Below, piece by piece: positions 20,621 to 34,996 of a DNA stretch of 64,000 nucleotides. Numbering within the stretch: the stretch's first letter is position 1; every line of letters starts with the position of its first letter. This stretch comes from Nannocystis bainbridge (GTDB lineage: Bacteria > Myxococcota_A > Polyangia > Nannocystales > Nannocystaceae). The position numbers and the translations under genes are program-made. Location of the stretch: assembly GCF_028368995.1 (NCBI RefSeq), contig NZ_JAQNDL010000003.1, positions 416,001 to 480,000 of the forward strand, read 5' to 3'. The notes beneath the pieces are model-generated. The model saw only the letters and a program-made list of their open reading frames with translations. It made no database searches and was not told where the DNA came from.

Positions 20621-21220
20621 ATGAGCACGACGCGAACCTTCCGCCGGATCTGCATCTTCTGCGGCTCGAACAGGGGTCTCGAGCCCGGCTTCGCCGAGGT
20701 CGCCCGCGGCGTCGGCGAGCACCTGGCCCGCAGCGGGATCGGCGTCGTCTACGGCGGCGGCAAGATCGGCCTCATGGGCGAAGTCGCTGACGCGGCCCTG
20801 CGCGCTGGCGGCCAGGTGTTCGGCGTCATCCCGCAGAAGCTGTGGGACGTCGAGGTCGGCCACGGCGGCCTCACCGAGCTGTTCGTGGTCGACAGCATGC
20901 ACGCCCGCAAGATGATGATGGCCCAGCTCAGCGACGCCTTCATCGCCCTGCCCGGCGGCTTCGGCACGCTCGAGGAGCTGTTCGAGGCGATCACGTGGAT
21001 GCAGCTCGGCTACCACCGCAAGCCGGTCGGCCTCGTCAACGTCGGCGGCTACTACGACCACCTGCTGGCCTTCCTCGACCACGGCGCCGCCCAGGGCTTC
21101 GTCCGTGACAGCCACCGCCCGCTGATGCTGGCGGCGCCCGACATCGGCGGCCTGATCGAGCAGATGGCCCACGTCGAGATCCCCCACTTCAGCCTCGGCC
21201 ACGCCCCGCCGCGGCTGTAG
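20621..21220 (+). CDS. LOG family (TIGR00730) nucleotide phosphoribohydrolase
   Basis: ICIFCGS, VYGGG.IGLMG, MHARK, ALPGGFGTLEELFE. Confidence 0.92.
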   Translation: MSTTRTFRRICIFCGSNRGLEPGFAEVARGVGEHLARSGIGVVYGGGKIGLMGEVADAALRAGGQVFGVIPQKLWDVEVGHGGLTELFVVDSMHARKMMMAQLSDAFIALPGGFGTLEELFEAITWMQLGYHRKPVGLVNVGGYYDHLLAFLDHGAAQGFVRDSHRPLMLAAPDIGGLIEQMAHVEIPHFSLGHAPPRL

Positions 21221-21256
21221 CCGCGAGGCGCCCCGCCGCCCGGCTCACGCCGCAGC

Positions 21257-21348
21257 GCGCTGTCTCAATAGACATGTCCTCTCGGACATGTCTATTTCGC
21301 CATGTCCGGACGGACATGCCCCCGGGGGCATGACCTATCCGCCATGTC
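21257..21348. repeat. Longest 14-bp-phased array (7 positions) between convergent genes
   Basis: Cores at 21257 (half), 21271, 21285, 21299, 21313, 21327, 21341. Confidence 0.9.
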
Positions 21349-24049
21349 CGCGCAGCCAGGCCTCGATCTCGGCCCGGTCGGCGCTCGCGTCCAGCCCCGT
21401 CAGCTCCTCCGCGGCCGCGCGGGCCAGCGCGCGCGCCTCGGCCTGGGTCGCCTTGCGGGCCCAGCGGGTGCGGGCCAGCGCGAAGCGGGCCCACGCGGCG
21501 TCGCGCGGGCGCTCGTGGGCGGCGTACAGCTCGAGCGCGCGCTCGAACTGACGCGCCGCCTCGCCGACGCGGTTGCGGGCCAGCGCCACCTCGCCGAGGC
21601 CGGTCAGCGCCGGCGCCACGTCGAGGTCCTCGGGCCCGCGGGACGTCTGGAAGATGCCGAGCGCGCGCGTGTAGAAGCGGGCCGCCTTGTCGAGGTCGCC
21701 GCGCTGCAGGTGCAGCTCGCCGAGGCTCAGCAGCGCGTAGCCGACCTCCGGGTGCTCCGCGCCGAGGGCCTTGGCCGCGCCGACGGCCGCGCGCTCGAGC
21801 AGCTCCAGCGCCTTGGCCGACTCGCCGCGGCTGCGGTAGATGTTGCCGAGGTCTTGCTGGGCGTGCGACGCCTCGATGCTCTCGGCCCCATTGGTCTGCT
21901 CGCGGATCGCCAGCGCGCGCAGGCCGAGGCGCTCGGCCTTGTCGAGGTCGCCGCGGTCGAGCGCGAGGCGGGCCAGGTTGCCGAGCGCCAGCGCGACGTC
22001 GGGGTGCTCGGGCCCGAGGATCCGCTCGAACAGCTCGAGCGCCCGCTGGTAGCACACGCGCGCGTCCTCGAGGCGGTCGCGGCGGTAGTGCAGGTTGCCG
22101 CGGTTGTTGAGCGGCCCGGCCATCTCGAGCGCGTCGGCCCCGAGCTGCTCGCTGACGATCGTCAGGATCTGCTCCATCACCTCCTCGGCCTCGTCGAGTC
22201 GGCCGCGGTCGAGGTAGATGAGCCCGAGGATGTTGAGCGCCCAGGTGCCGCGCAGCGTGGTCGCCTCGCCCTGGGCCACGTTCATCGCCTGCGCCAGCCT
22301 GGCCCAGCGGATGCCCTCCTCGTGGCGAGCCATGCGACCGCCGACGAGGTCGGCCATGCCGGTGACGATGTCGGTGAGCAGCGCGTCCTGGCCGGTCTCG
22401 GCCGCCAGCACCATCGCCTCGTCGAGCCACGCCTCGGCCTGCTTGAGGTCGGAGACATCGCTGGCGAACATCGCCGCGCGGAAGCGGGCCAGCGCCGCCA
22501 GCGGGCGCCAGCCGACCGCGTCAGCCTCGGGGATCAGCGCGCGGCTCTGCCCCAGCCCCTCCTGAAAGCGACCGGTCACCCCGAGCGTCCGCACCTGCCG
22601 CAGCGCCTGGCGCACGCGCAGCACCTCGGCGCGCACCTGCTCGTCGGCGGGCGGCGGCGACTGGCGGGCCAGATACGACAGGTCGAGGCAGGTCGTCGGC
22701 GGCGGCAGGTCGCTCACCGCCGCGACCGCGTGCTGGACCGCGTCGGCGTCGATCGCCGCGAACCGCTCGAGCGTGCCGTCGAACGCCCAGCGCGCGTCGA
22801 GCAGGCACTCCTCGGCGCGGCCGACCAGGTCGCTCGACCAGCGCGGATCGATGCGGGGCATCATGCACAGCCGCGACTTGGCGTCCGCCCACGACGCGGT
22901 GAACACCTCGACGATCGCCGACGCGCGCCGGAACGTGCGCTCGCCGAGCGCCGGCGCCGCGGCGATGAACGCCGCCTCCACGCCCGGCCGCGCCGCCGCC
23001 CACTGCGTCACCAGCTCCTGCCCGCCGTCCCAGCACGCCTCGGCCTGCCAGCGGCCCTGCACCTGCGTGTACCCGACCTCGCCGGCGATCACGGCCCCGA
23101 GCCCGAGCACCGCCGCCGCCGCGAACCTTCGCCGTCGCCGCGGCGTCCCGCTCTCGAGCTCGGCCAGCAGCGCCGCCATCGACGGCCACCGCTGCGCCGG
23201 CTCGCTCTGCATCCCGCGCTCGATCGCCTGCCGCAGCCACGACGGCACCTTCGCCCCCGCCGGCGGCTCGCGCCGCTTGTTGCCGAGGATCGCCGCGCGA
23301 AAGTCCTCCGTCGTCTTGCCCGCGTACGGCCGCTCGCCGTACAGCCCCTCCCACAGCGACACGCAGAACGCGAACTGATCGGTGCGCGCGTCGACGACCG
23401 CGCCGTTCCAGTGCTCGGGCGCCATGTAGGCCGGCGTGCCCATCAGCGAGCCCGCCTCCGTCACTCCGCTCCACAGCACCGCCGTCGGCGCCCGCATCAC
23501 CGTGTTCTCCTCCGGGCTGCGCGTCGCCAGCTCGCCGCGCGCCAGCCCGAAGTCCATCACCCGCACGCGGCCGTCCTTGCCGACCATCGCGTTGAGCGGC
23601 TTGAAGTCGCGGTGGACCAGGCCCGCGCTGTGGGCCGCCGCCAGCCCGCGCCCGGCCTGCAAGTACGCGCCGAGGATCTCCCGCGGCCCGTGCAGCTTGA
23701 CCCACGCGTGCAGCGTCGAGCCCGACACGTACTCCATCGCCAGGTAGAGCGTGTTGGCGTACTCGCCGACCTCGAACACCTGGACCACGTTGGGGTGTGA
23801 CAGCAGCGCCAGCGCCTGGGCCTCGCGGCGCATGCGGTCGCGCTCGTCGGCCCCGCCGCTGCCGCGCAGCAGCTTGATCGCCACGCGGCGGTTGAGGTCG
23901 GCGTCGTAGCCGAGCAGCACGCGGCCCTGCGCCCCGGCGCCGAGGCTGCCGAGCACGTGGAAGCGGCCGATCCGGCGCGGGAGGCCGTCGCCCTCGTCGC
24001 GCGGCGCCGCCTCCACGCGGGTCTTGTCGTCCTCGGGGGGGCCGGGCAT
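21335..24049 (-). CDS. Ser/Thr protein kinase with TM helix and C-terminal TPR repeats
   Basis: HRDFKPLN, DFGLA, GTPAYMAPE, DQFAFC; TPRs with LGPEHPDVA repeats. Confidence 0.93.
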   Translation of the reverse strand: MPGPPEDDKTRVEAAPRDEGDGLPRRIGRFHVLGSLGAGAQGRVLLGYDADLNRRVAIKLLRGSGGADERDRMRREAQALALLSHPNVVQVFEVGEYANTLYLAMEYVSGSTLHAWVKLHGPREILGAYLQAGRGLAAAHSAGLVHRDFKPLNAMVGKDGRVRVMDFGLARGELATRSPEENTVMRAPTAVLWSGVTEAGSLMGTPAYMAPEHWNGAVVDARTDQFAFCVSLWEGLYGERPYAGKTTEDFRAAILGNKRREPPAGAKVPSWLRQAIERGMQSEPAQRWPSMAALLAELESGTPRRRRRFAAAAVLGLGAVIAGEVGYTQVQGRWQAEACWDGGQELVTQWAAARPGVEAAFIAAAPALGERTFRRASAIVEVFTASWADAKSRLCMMPRIDPRWSSDLVGRAEECLLDARWAFDGTLERFAAIDADAVQHAVAAVSDLPPPTTCLDLSYLARQSPPPADEQVRAEVLRVRQALRQVRTLGVTGRFQEGLGQSRALIPEADAVGWRPLAALARFRAAMFASDVSDLKQAEAWLDEAMVLAAETGQDALLTDIVTGMADLVGGRMARHEEGIRWARLAQAMNVAQGEATTLRGTWALNILGLIYLDRGRLDEAEEVMEQILTIVSEQLGADALEMAGPLNNRGNLHYRRDRLEDARVCYQRALELFERILGPEHPDVALALGNLARLALDRGDLDKAERLGLRALAIREQTNGAESIEASHAQQDLGNIYRSRGESAKALELLERAAVGAAKALGAEHPEVGYALLSLGELHLQRGDLDKAARFYTRALGIFQTSRGPEDLDVAPALTGLGEVALARNRVGEAARQFERALELYAAHERPRDAAWARFALARTRWARKATQAEARALARAAAEELTGLDASADRAEIEAWLRGHGG

Positions 24050-24231
24050 GCGGGCCGACGAGCATAACCGGCTTCGCCGCGCGGCCCCAAGTGGTCTCGC
24101 GCCCGCACGCCCGCGAACGCGTACGCGTGATTCTGCGCCGCGGCTCGGGCCGCCGCGTCCGCTGCGAGTCGTGCGGCCACGCAAGAACCTGGCCCGAAGA
24201 CCAGGTCCTCAAGCACCCTCGCCGCGCTCCG

Positions 24232-27876
<3,645 letters not shown>

Positions 27877-29619
27877 GGCCGAAGGCTTACCACGCCTCGC
27901 GCCGCGCTCGCGTGCCTCGCCCTCGCGACGCTCGCATGCTCTCGTCACACCGAGGTCGACAGCGGGGACGGCGCAGCGGGATCCACCCGGCCAGCCGCGG
28001 GCGAACGCACCGTCCACCTCGCCCTGGAGACCGCGTTCCACTCGCTGGATCCAGCCGACGCGGGCGACGCCGTCAGCCGTCGCTTGACCTCACAGATCTT
28101 CGACACGTTGCTCGACTGGGATCCACACGCCGATCCCCCGCGCCTCGTGCCCGAGCTGCTCGCCGACCTGCCCGAGATCAGCCCCGACGGTCTCACTTAT
28201 TCGTTGCGCTTGCGGGAGGGTCCGCGGTTCCAGCGCGACACCTGTCTCAAAGACCAGGCGCGTCCCGTCCGCGCCGGCGACGTCGCGGCCTCGCTGCTGC
28301 GCATCCGCCCGGACAAGCACGCCGCGTGGTCGCTGCTGGCCGGCCGGATCGCCGGCCTCGACGCCTGGCATCGCACGCCCGACGAGCGCGCGCCGATCAC
28401 CGCCGACGACGCGGCCGGCACCGTCACTCTCCGGCTCACGCGCCCGCAGCCGGAGTTCGCGGCGATCCTCGCCCACCCCGCGCTGGCGATCGTCCCGCCC
28501 GAGTGCGTCGATCACTACGACGGCTCGGCGCCCGAGCGCCCGCGGTTCGCCCGCCATCCGGTGGGCAGCGGGCCCTATCGCCTCGACCACGCCGCCAGCG
28601 AGTTCCCACGCACCGCCGTGCTCGTGGCCACCGACGCGCCGCGCCCGTACCCGCAGCCGCCCGGGCGGCCGCCGCTGCCGTGCACGCAGGCACCCGCGGC
28701 CGCGCGCGTGGTGCTGACCCACTTCCAGCACGGCGAGCCGGCCCTGCGCGCCTTCCAGGCCGGCGAGCTGGCGGCGATCGTGCCCGGCCAGGCGCAGTTC
28801 GCCGAGGTGGTGGCGCTCGGGCGACCTGTCCCCGGGGCCCTGCCCTCCGGGACAGGTCTCGAAAAATTCCCGGTCGCCGCGATCGACCTCCTCTACTTCA
28901 ACATGGCGAGCCCGGAGATCGGGCATCACCCCGACCCGGCCCGCGCGCGCGAGAACCTGGCCCTGCGCCGCGCGATCGCCCGCGCGTTCGATGTCCCGCG
29001 CTACCTCGAGGTCGTGCGCAACGACGCGTGGGCCGAGGCTAGCGCCAGCGTGCTGCCGCGCGAGGTCTCGCCGCGCGTCGATCTCGCGGACGCACCGGCC
29101 CGGCCCGACCTCGCCGGCGCGCTGCAGATCCTCGCCGACGCCGGCCTGTCCCACAGGACATTTGTCTTGAACTACTGGGGCGGCCCCAGCGAGCCCGAGC
29201 GGCAAGAGGCCGCGCTCCTGCGCGAGTTCCTGCGCCCGCTCGGCGTCGACCTCCGCTTCACCCCGCGCGACAATTTCCTGTTCGACCCGGGCCTGCGCGC
29301 CTCGGCCCACCTGTTCGGCCTCCGCTTCGACGCCGACTACCTCGACCCGAGCAATTTCTTGTCGTCGCTGACCTGCCAGGCCCCCGACAACCTGGCCGGC
29401 TTCTGCGACCCGGGCTACGACGCCGCCTACGCCGCCTTCGCCGCCCTGCCCCCCGGCCCGACCCGCGACGACGCAGCCCGCCGCCTCCAGGCGCTGCTCG
29501 GCGAGCAGATGCCCGTGCGACCGATCGATCAACCGAGCGCGTGGTACCTCCACCAGCGCTGGCTCGGCGGACTGGTCCGCCACCCGCTGGCCGGCCTGCG
29601 CATCGAGCTGCTGTGCCCC

Positions 29620-29724
29620 GACATGCCCTGAAGGACATGCGCCGTCTCAATGCATCTTGAGACATGTCCATGAGAGCATGCCTCTTTGGACATAAACTTT
29701 CGCGCATGCTCTGGGAGACATGTT
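29620..29724. repeat. Two 14-bp-phased arrays (2 + 5 cores) between convergent genes
   Basis: 29620, 29634; 29661, 29675, 29689, 29703, 29717. Confidence 0.85.
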
Positions 29725-29786
29725 CCGATTGCCGAGGAGCGAGTGAAGCGCCGGGCTCCATTGAAGCGGGCCGCCAGAGCGCGGGG

Positions 29787-32336
29787 TCAGCGGAGTTTGA
29801 GCCGCAGCCGCACGCGCGAGGTCTCGTCGCTCACCGGATAGCGCACCGACTCCAGCTCGTCGCGCACGCATCCCTGCCACGACGAGGCCGACGCGTCGAT
29901 CGGCACGGGCTCGAGGTTCAGGCTGCCGACGACGCCGCGACCCCGCGTGATCGACACATCCGCGGCGATCACCGGCGGAGCACCGACACACGCGCGAAGC
30001 GCCGCGAGGGCCCCGAGCGTCGCGGTCGTCGCCTCCGCGGTCGTCACGGTCGCTGCCGTCGCCATTCCGGCTTTCACCGCACGCGTCACCGGCTCCGAAC
30101 CGGGCTTCACCGCGCGCCGCGACGGACGAACCGGGACGGGGTCGACGCCGACCTGCGGCGGCTCGCTCGGCGGTCCCTGCGACGGCTCGACCCGCGTCGT
30201 CTCGCTCGTCGTCGCCTCCAGCGAGATCGGCTCGTTCTTCGCCTCGATCTGCGTCGGCTCGGCTCGTGCCGGCTCGCTCCGCTGCGATGATTCGGGCGGT
30301 GCTTCCGGGCCCGTGAGCGCGGACAACAACGACGCGAGCACAGCTCCGATCACGCCCCCACCCGCGAGCCTCCACCACACCGCAGGACCGAAGGCGGGCG
30401 CCGGGCTCGGCGACGCCGGCAGCGAAGCCGCTTGCATCGCGGCTGCCTGGGATGGGGCCGCCGGTGATGCCGGAGCCGCCGCGCGCGAGGCGACCGAGCT
30501 GGGAGCGCGGAGCTCCTGGATCGACGCCGCGGTGCTGCGAAGCATCTGCCCGAAGTGCGCCATCGTCACCGTGCGCCGCTCGGGCTCGGGCGCCAGGACC
30601 TCCGCGAGCTGCTCCAGGAGCTCGCTCTCGGCCAGCTCCGGCGCCGCTTCGAGCAACACTTCGCGAAGTCGATCGTCGAGCGCTTCGCGGGGGCCGGCGT
30701 CGATGATCTTGTGGACCCGCGCGCCGCCGTTGCGCTCGCCGGTCACGAGCGAGTACAGGATGAGGCCCAGGGAGTACACGTCGCTCAGGCGCGTGTGTTT
30801 GATGCCGCGCAAGATCTCGGGCGCGACCCAATCGGGTTGCCCGAAGTTGGGGCCCGTGTCGCCGCGGTGCGGCGGCGCCTCGGCGTAGCGCTGATCGGAG
30901 GCGGCGAAGAAGTGATCGAGGAGGCGACAGTCGCTCAGATCGATCACGCGGACCCGCGGCGTGGTCCCTTGCTCGAGGATGAAGTTGCCCGGGTGGACGT
31001 CGCCGTGGATGATGCCCCGGCTGTGGGCCTCGCTCAGCGCCTCGGCGATCTCAGCGACGGTCTCGACCGCCGCGAGCGCATCGAGCCGGCCCCGCGCGAG
31101 CCGCTCCGCCAGGGTTGCGCCCGGGATGTACTCCTCGACGAGGTACCACGCACCATCTTCGCAGTGATCGCAGTCGTGAATGCGGACGAACGCCGGGTGC
31201 GACAGCTTCTGCAGCGCCGTCGCCTCGCGGCAGATCTTCGAGGCGCGCGGCTTGGCCTCCGTCCGCGGGCCGATCTTGACGATGACCTCGCAGTCGAGCA
31301 CGTGGTGGTACGCGCGCCAGGTCTGACCGTTGCGCGTCTCGGCGAGGCGGAGCCGGAGCTCGAGGCGACGCTCGAACAGCTGCGGCGTGACGGTCGCGCT
31401 GCACGGATCGCCGCTCGTCGCCTCGGAGCACATCGGCTCGGGTGTCGGCGCCGGGCCCTTGTCCGCGGGCACCGGCCACACATGCAGCGCCGGCCGCAGC
31501 GTCGGGTCCGCCGCGCGCTGCGGCCACACGTGGGCGCCCGCGACCACCAGCCGCTCACGCAGCTCGGCCATCGTCGCCGGCCGCCGCTCCACCTCGGGAT
31601 CGCCGGCCGCGAGCACGACGCGCTGCAAGGGCACGGGCGTGTCCTCCAGCCCCTGCGGCCAATCGGTCGCCGGGCGCCGCGCCAACAATCGATAGAGCGT
31701 GCGACCCAGGCCGAACACGTCGGTCCGCGCGTCGATCGTGTCCCCGGCCTCCGGCGGCCTGTAGCCCTCCGTCCCGAGCGGGATCCCGACGGCGGTCGGA
31801 TGCCGGGGCGGCTTCAGCTCGAGCGTCGCCTCCGGCGTGACCTTGGCGAGCCCGAAGTCGACGAGCTTCGCGTCCTGTCCCGACCACATGATGTTCGACG
31901 CCTTGACGTCGCGGTGGATCACGCCGGCCGCGTGCGCTTGCATGAGCGCCTCCGCGATCTGGACCCCGATCCGCCACACCTCCACCGGCATGAGCCGCTT
32001 CGCCGCGCCGCACCACTGGTCGAGCGGCGCGCCGTCGATGAAGGCCGTGGCGATGTAATAACCGTGCGGGGTCTTGTCGCAGTCGATGAACTCGGCGATG
32101 TGCGGGTGCCTCAGCCTGGCGAGGATCCTGCCCTCACGATAGAACCTCTCCTCGCTGGCCGCGTCGAGCTCGGGGTGGAGCACCTTCACCGCGATCGTCC
32201 CGCCGCCTCGCAGGTCGTGCGCGCGATACATGCTCGCCGTCTCGTTGTCGTAGATGCGAGCTTCGAGCCGGAAGCGATCGCCCAACACGCAGCCGGCGAG
32301 ATCGACGCGAGCAGGCGAGCGAGGTGAGGGCGGCAT
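29787..32336 (-). CDS. Tandem dual-domain Ser/Thr kinase with C-terminal TM region
   Basis: Kinase 1: HRDVKASN, DFGLA, DVFGLG; kinase 2: HGDVHPGN, DLS, WVAPE, DVYSLG. Confidence 0.85.
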   Translation of the reverse strand: MPPSPRSPARVDLAGCVLGDRFRLEARIYDNETASMYRAHDLRGGGTIAVKVLHPELDAASEERFYREGRILARLRHPHIAEFIDCDKTPHGYYIATAFIDGAPLDQWCGAAKRLMPVEVWRIGVQIAEALMQAHAAGVIHRDVKASNIMWSGQDAKLVDFGLAKVTPEATLELKPPRHPTAVGIPLGTEGYRPPEAGDTIDARTDVFGLGRTLYRLLARRPATDWPQGLEDTPVPLQRVVLAAGDPEVERRPATMAELRERLVVAGAHVWPQRAADPTLRPALHVWPVPADKGPAPTPEPMCSEATSGDPCSATVTPQLFERRLELRLRLAETRNGQTWRAYHHVLDCEVIVKIGPRTEAKPRASKICREATALQKLSHPAFVRIHDCDHCEDGAWYLVEEYIPGATLAERLARGRLDALAAVETVAEIAEALSEAHSRGIIHGDVHPGNFILEQGTTPRVRVIDLSDCRLLDHFFAASDQRYAEAPPHRGDTGPNFGQPDWVAPEILRGIKHTRLSDVYSLGLILYSLVTGERNGGARVHKIIDAGPREALDDRLREVLLEAAPELAESELLEQLAEVLAPEPERRTVTMAHFGQMLRSTAASIQELRAPSSVASRAAAPASPAAPSQAAAMQAASLPASPSPAPAFGPAVWWRLAGGGVIGAVLASLLSALTGPEAPPESSQRSEPARAEPTQIEAKNEPISLEATTSETTRVEPSQGPPSEPPQVGVDPVPVRPSRRAVKPGSEPVTRAVKAGMATAATVTTAEATTATLGALAALRACVGAPPVIAADVSITRGRGVVGSLNLEPVPIDASASSWQGCVRDELESVRYPVSDETSRVRLRLKLR

Positions 32337-32391
32337 CCCCGTGAGCGTGGCGTGACGCGGTCGAACAGGTCAACCGCACCGCGAGGCCAGC

Positions 32392-33294
32392 ATGGACACG
32401 CGCGCCGAGGTCGGCGACAACGAGGCCATGTCGCTCCGCGCCGCGCTGTCCCTCGTGCTCGCCGGCCCCGCTCTCGCGGCTCCTCCCGGCGCGCCGCTCA
32501 TCCCGCCGGACGCCGACAACGTCGCCCTGTGGGACCACCTGAACGCCGCCGATCCGTCGCTCACGACGGCGCCGGCGCCGGTCGAGCGCGCCGTCGCGGT
32601 GGCCGAGCTCGCCGAGGCCAGGCTCGCCGGGGCGGACGCCGTCGACGTGATCGAGCTGCTCATGCTCGCGAGCGGAGCCCGCCGCGTCGCCTACCAGCGC
32701 ACCGATGGAACGCAGCGCGGTCTACATCTTTGCGCCCTGCTGCACGACGCGGAGGTGGTGCTCGGCCGCCCGGAGCTGGCCTCCGCGGTCGTCGAGTCGG
32801 CCACCAAGTTCCGCGACGAGGCGCGAGCTGGTCTCACGAGTCACCCGACCGCGCCCTGCGTGGCACCTGCGAGTGTGAGCAACGAAATAAAAGCAGTACC
32901 CGAAGGCCCTGCGCCGCTCACCGAGACGGCTGACGCTCCGCCGCCCCGCCGACCCATCGCGAAGCTCGCCGCCGGCTCCGCCCTCGCGGTCGTCGGCGTG
33001 GCACTGGCGTGCGGCGCCTTCGCCAGCCTGGCCGGTCGACGCCGCGCCGACGTTTCCATCGCCGAGCTCAACGCCGCCTGGGTCGCCGAAGATCGCAGCC
33101 CGACCCTGCAAGAGCTCGAGCTCGGCGCCGCGGCGAACCGTCGCTACGAACGGCTCGGGACGGCGGCGTTGGTGCTTGGCATCGCCGGAGGTGTAAGCCT
33201 GCTTACAGGCCTTGCAGTGGCCCTCGCTCCGCAGCGCGCCGCCTCACGCGCGCGAGTTCGCGCCAGCGGCGCTGGGCTCGTATATACCTTCTGA
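32392..33294 (+). CDS. Hypothetical exported/membrane protein
   Basis: Signal-like N-terminus (MSLRAALSLVL), two C-terminal hydrophobic segments. Confidence 0.65.
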   Translation: MDTRAEVGDNEAMSLRAALSLVLAGPALAAPPGAPLIPPDADNVALWDHLNAADPSLTTAPAPVERAVAVAELAEARLAGADAVDVIELLMLASGARRVAYQRTDGTQRGLHLCALLHDAEVVLGRPELASAVVESATKFRDEARAGLTSHPTAPCVAPASVSNEIKAVPEGPAPLTETADAPPPRRPIAKLAAGSALAVVGVALACGAFASLAGRRRADVSIAELNAAWVAEDRSPTLQELELGAAANRRYERLGTAALVLGIAGGVSLLTGLAVALAPQRAASRARVRASGAGLVYTF

Positions 33295-33315
33295 AGCGCC
33301 CGCCGGGAGCTCTCG

Positions 33316-34989
33316 ATGGTCCTCCGCCTCTGCCTCTCCCTTGTCCTCGCCCTCGTCACGCTCGCCGGCTGCACCGCGGACGCTCCGTCGTACGCCGCGC
33401 TGACGGCCGCCGCGAATCTGTCCGAAGGGACAGGCAGCACCACCACCGAATCGACGACGCACCTCCCCGCGGACACGACCGCGCCGTCGACGACGACGGG
33501 CGCGACCATGGGCGCGGCGGACAGCGGCACGAGCGACGCGAGCGCGAGCGAGGCCGGCCCGACCACCGCCGACGACGCCGAACTGCTGCCGCCGCAGATC
33601 CTCGCGGTCGACATGCCCGACGCGGTCCACATGGCCGGGCCGGTCGCGGTGCAGGTGACCGCCGAGCGCGCGACTGCGGTCCGGGCCACGCTCGACGGGC
33701 TCGAGCTGGCGCCGTTCGTGGATCAGGGCGGCGGCGTGTGGCTCGGCGCGGTGCCGATCTTCGGCTCGGTCGACGAAGGTGATCACGTGGTCGAGGTGAC
33801 GGCGACCCACGGGCCGCTGCTCGCCACCTGGCCGCCGCTGTCGCTCTCGGTCTCGACGCCGGAGCCGGGCACGCAGGCGTGGGCGGTGCTCGCCCCGCCG
33901 GCCTCGACGACGCGGCGGGCGGCGGTCACCCCCGAGGGCGATCTGCTCGAGGTCGGCGCCTCGGAGGTCGAAGGCGTGATGAAGCCGGCGATCCGCAAGC
34001 GCTCCGCCAAGAACGGCGGCGAGCCGTGGCCCGAGGGCACGATCGTGCTCGACGCCCGCGAAGGCTCGGCGGACGCGATCGCGGTGCGGGCCGACGGGTG
34101 GATGTGGGTGGCGATGAACGTCGCCGACCCCAACAATAAAAAGTGGCAGCCGCGGATCGTCCTGCTCGACGCCGAAGGCCACGCGACGGGCGTCGAAGCA
34201 CCGACCGAACCCGGACCCTCGGTGCGTGGCATCGCGGCGACCGAGGACGGCGGGTTCTTCGCGGTAGGCTTCGGCGCATCGGGTTTCGGAGACATCGACG
34301 TCGCGCACTGGCGGATGACCGGCGAGGACGTGGCGACCGCGACGGCGAAGCGGTGGGACTACTGGCCCATGGGCAACAAGGCCTTCCAGCACACGTTCGA
34401 CGACATGGCCTTCGACGTCGTCGTTACAGATGGTGTCGCCTGGGTGGTCGGCGCGAGCACTGGTGACCACGATGAGCTCAAAATAAAACTGACCCGTGGC
34501 TTCGTCGTGCGCCTGGACGTGGAAACCGGCGCGCAGCTCGGACCCGGGTTTGTCGCCGCGCCCGTGACGTTGTGGCGTCACAGCATGTTCCTCGCCGCAA
34601 GTCACCATCCCGACGGTGTCATCGTCACTGGCAACGAGAGCACCATCGATGGCATCGACCAGCGAATCACGGTCCAGGCGTTCGACGCCAGCGGCGCGCG
34701 CATTTACCACAAGAGTGAATGGATCGCGACCGTCGCGTATGGGACCGGCGTCGCGTGGAGCGTCCACGGAGCCGTCCTTGCCACCGGCGCCGTGCACGAC
34801 GGCGACGGACTCCGCGGCATCCTCTACGGTCGCGGGGCACCCGGCCTCAACTTCGATCACTGGTTCCCCGGAACTGAGCCCTCCGCGGCGAATGGGCTCG
34901 CCCTGGACGCCTACGAACAGGTGTACCTGGTCGGCGAACGAACCATCGGCGGCGTGCGGCAGGCACGAGCCGCACGGATCCACCGATAA
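33316..34989 (+). CDS. Lipoprotein with Thr-rich linker and probable beta-propeller
   Basis: TLAGC lipobox; repeated beta-strand motifs (AIAVRADG, GIAATEDGG, GLALDAYEQVYLVG). Confidence 0.7.
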   Translation: MVLRLCLSLVLALVTLAGCTADAPSYAALTAAANLSEGTGSTTTESTTHLPADTTAPSTTTGATMGAADSGTSDASASEAGPTTADDAELLPPQILAVDMPDAVHMAGPVAVQVTAERATAVRATLDGLELAPFVDQGGGVWLGAVPIFGSVDEGDHVVEVTATHGPLLATWPPLSLSVSTPEPGTQAWAVLAPPASTTRRAAVTPEGDLLEVGASEVEGVMKPAIRKRSAKNGGEPWPEGTIVLDAREGSADAIAVRADGWMWVAMNVADPNNKKWQPRIVLLDAEGHATGVEAPTEPGPSVRGIAATEDGGFFAVGFGASGFGDIDVAHWRMTGEDVATATAKRWDYWPMGNKAFQHTFDDMAFDVVVTDGVAWVVGASTGDHDELKIKLTRGFVVRLDVETGAQLGPGFVAAPVTLWRHSMFLAASHHPDGVIVTGNESTIDGIDQRITVQAFDASGARIYHKSEWIATVAYGTGVAWSVHGAVLATGAVHDGDGLRGILYGRGAPGLNFDHWFPGTEPSAANGLALDAYEQVYLVGERTIGGVRQARAARIHR

Positions 34990-34996
34990 GCGCCGC

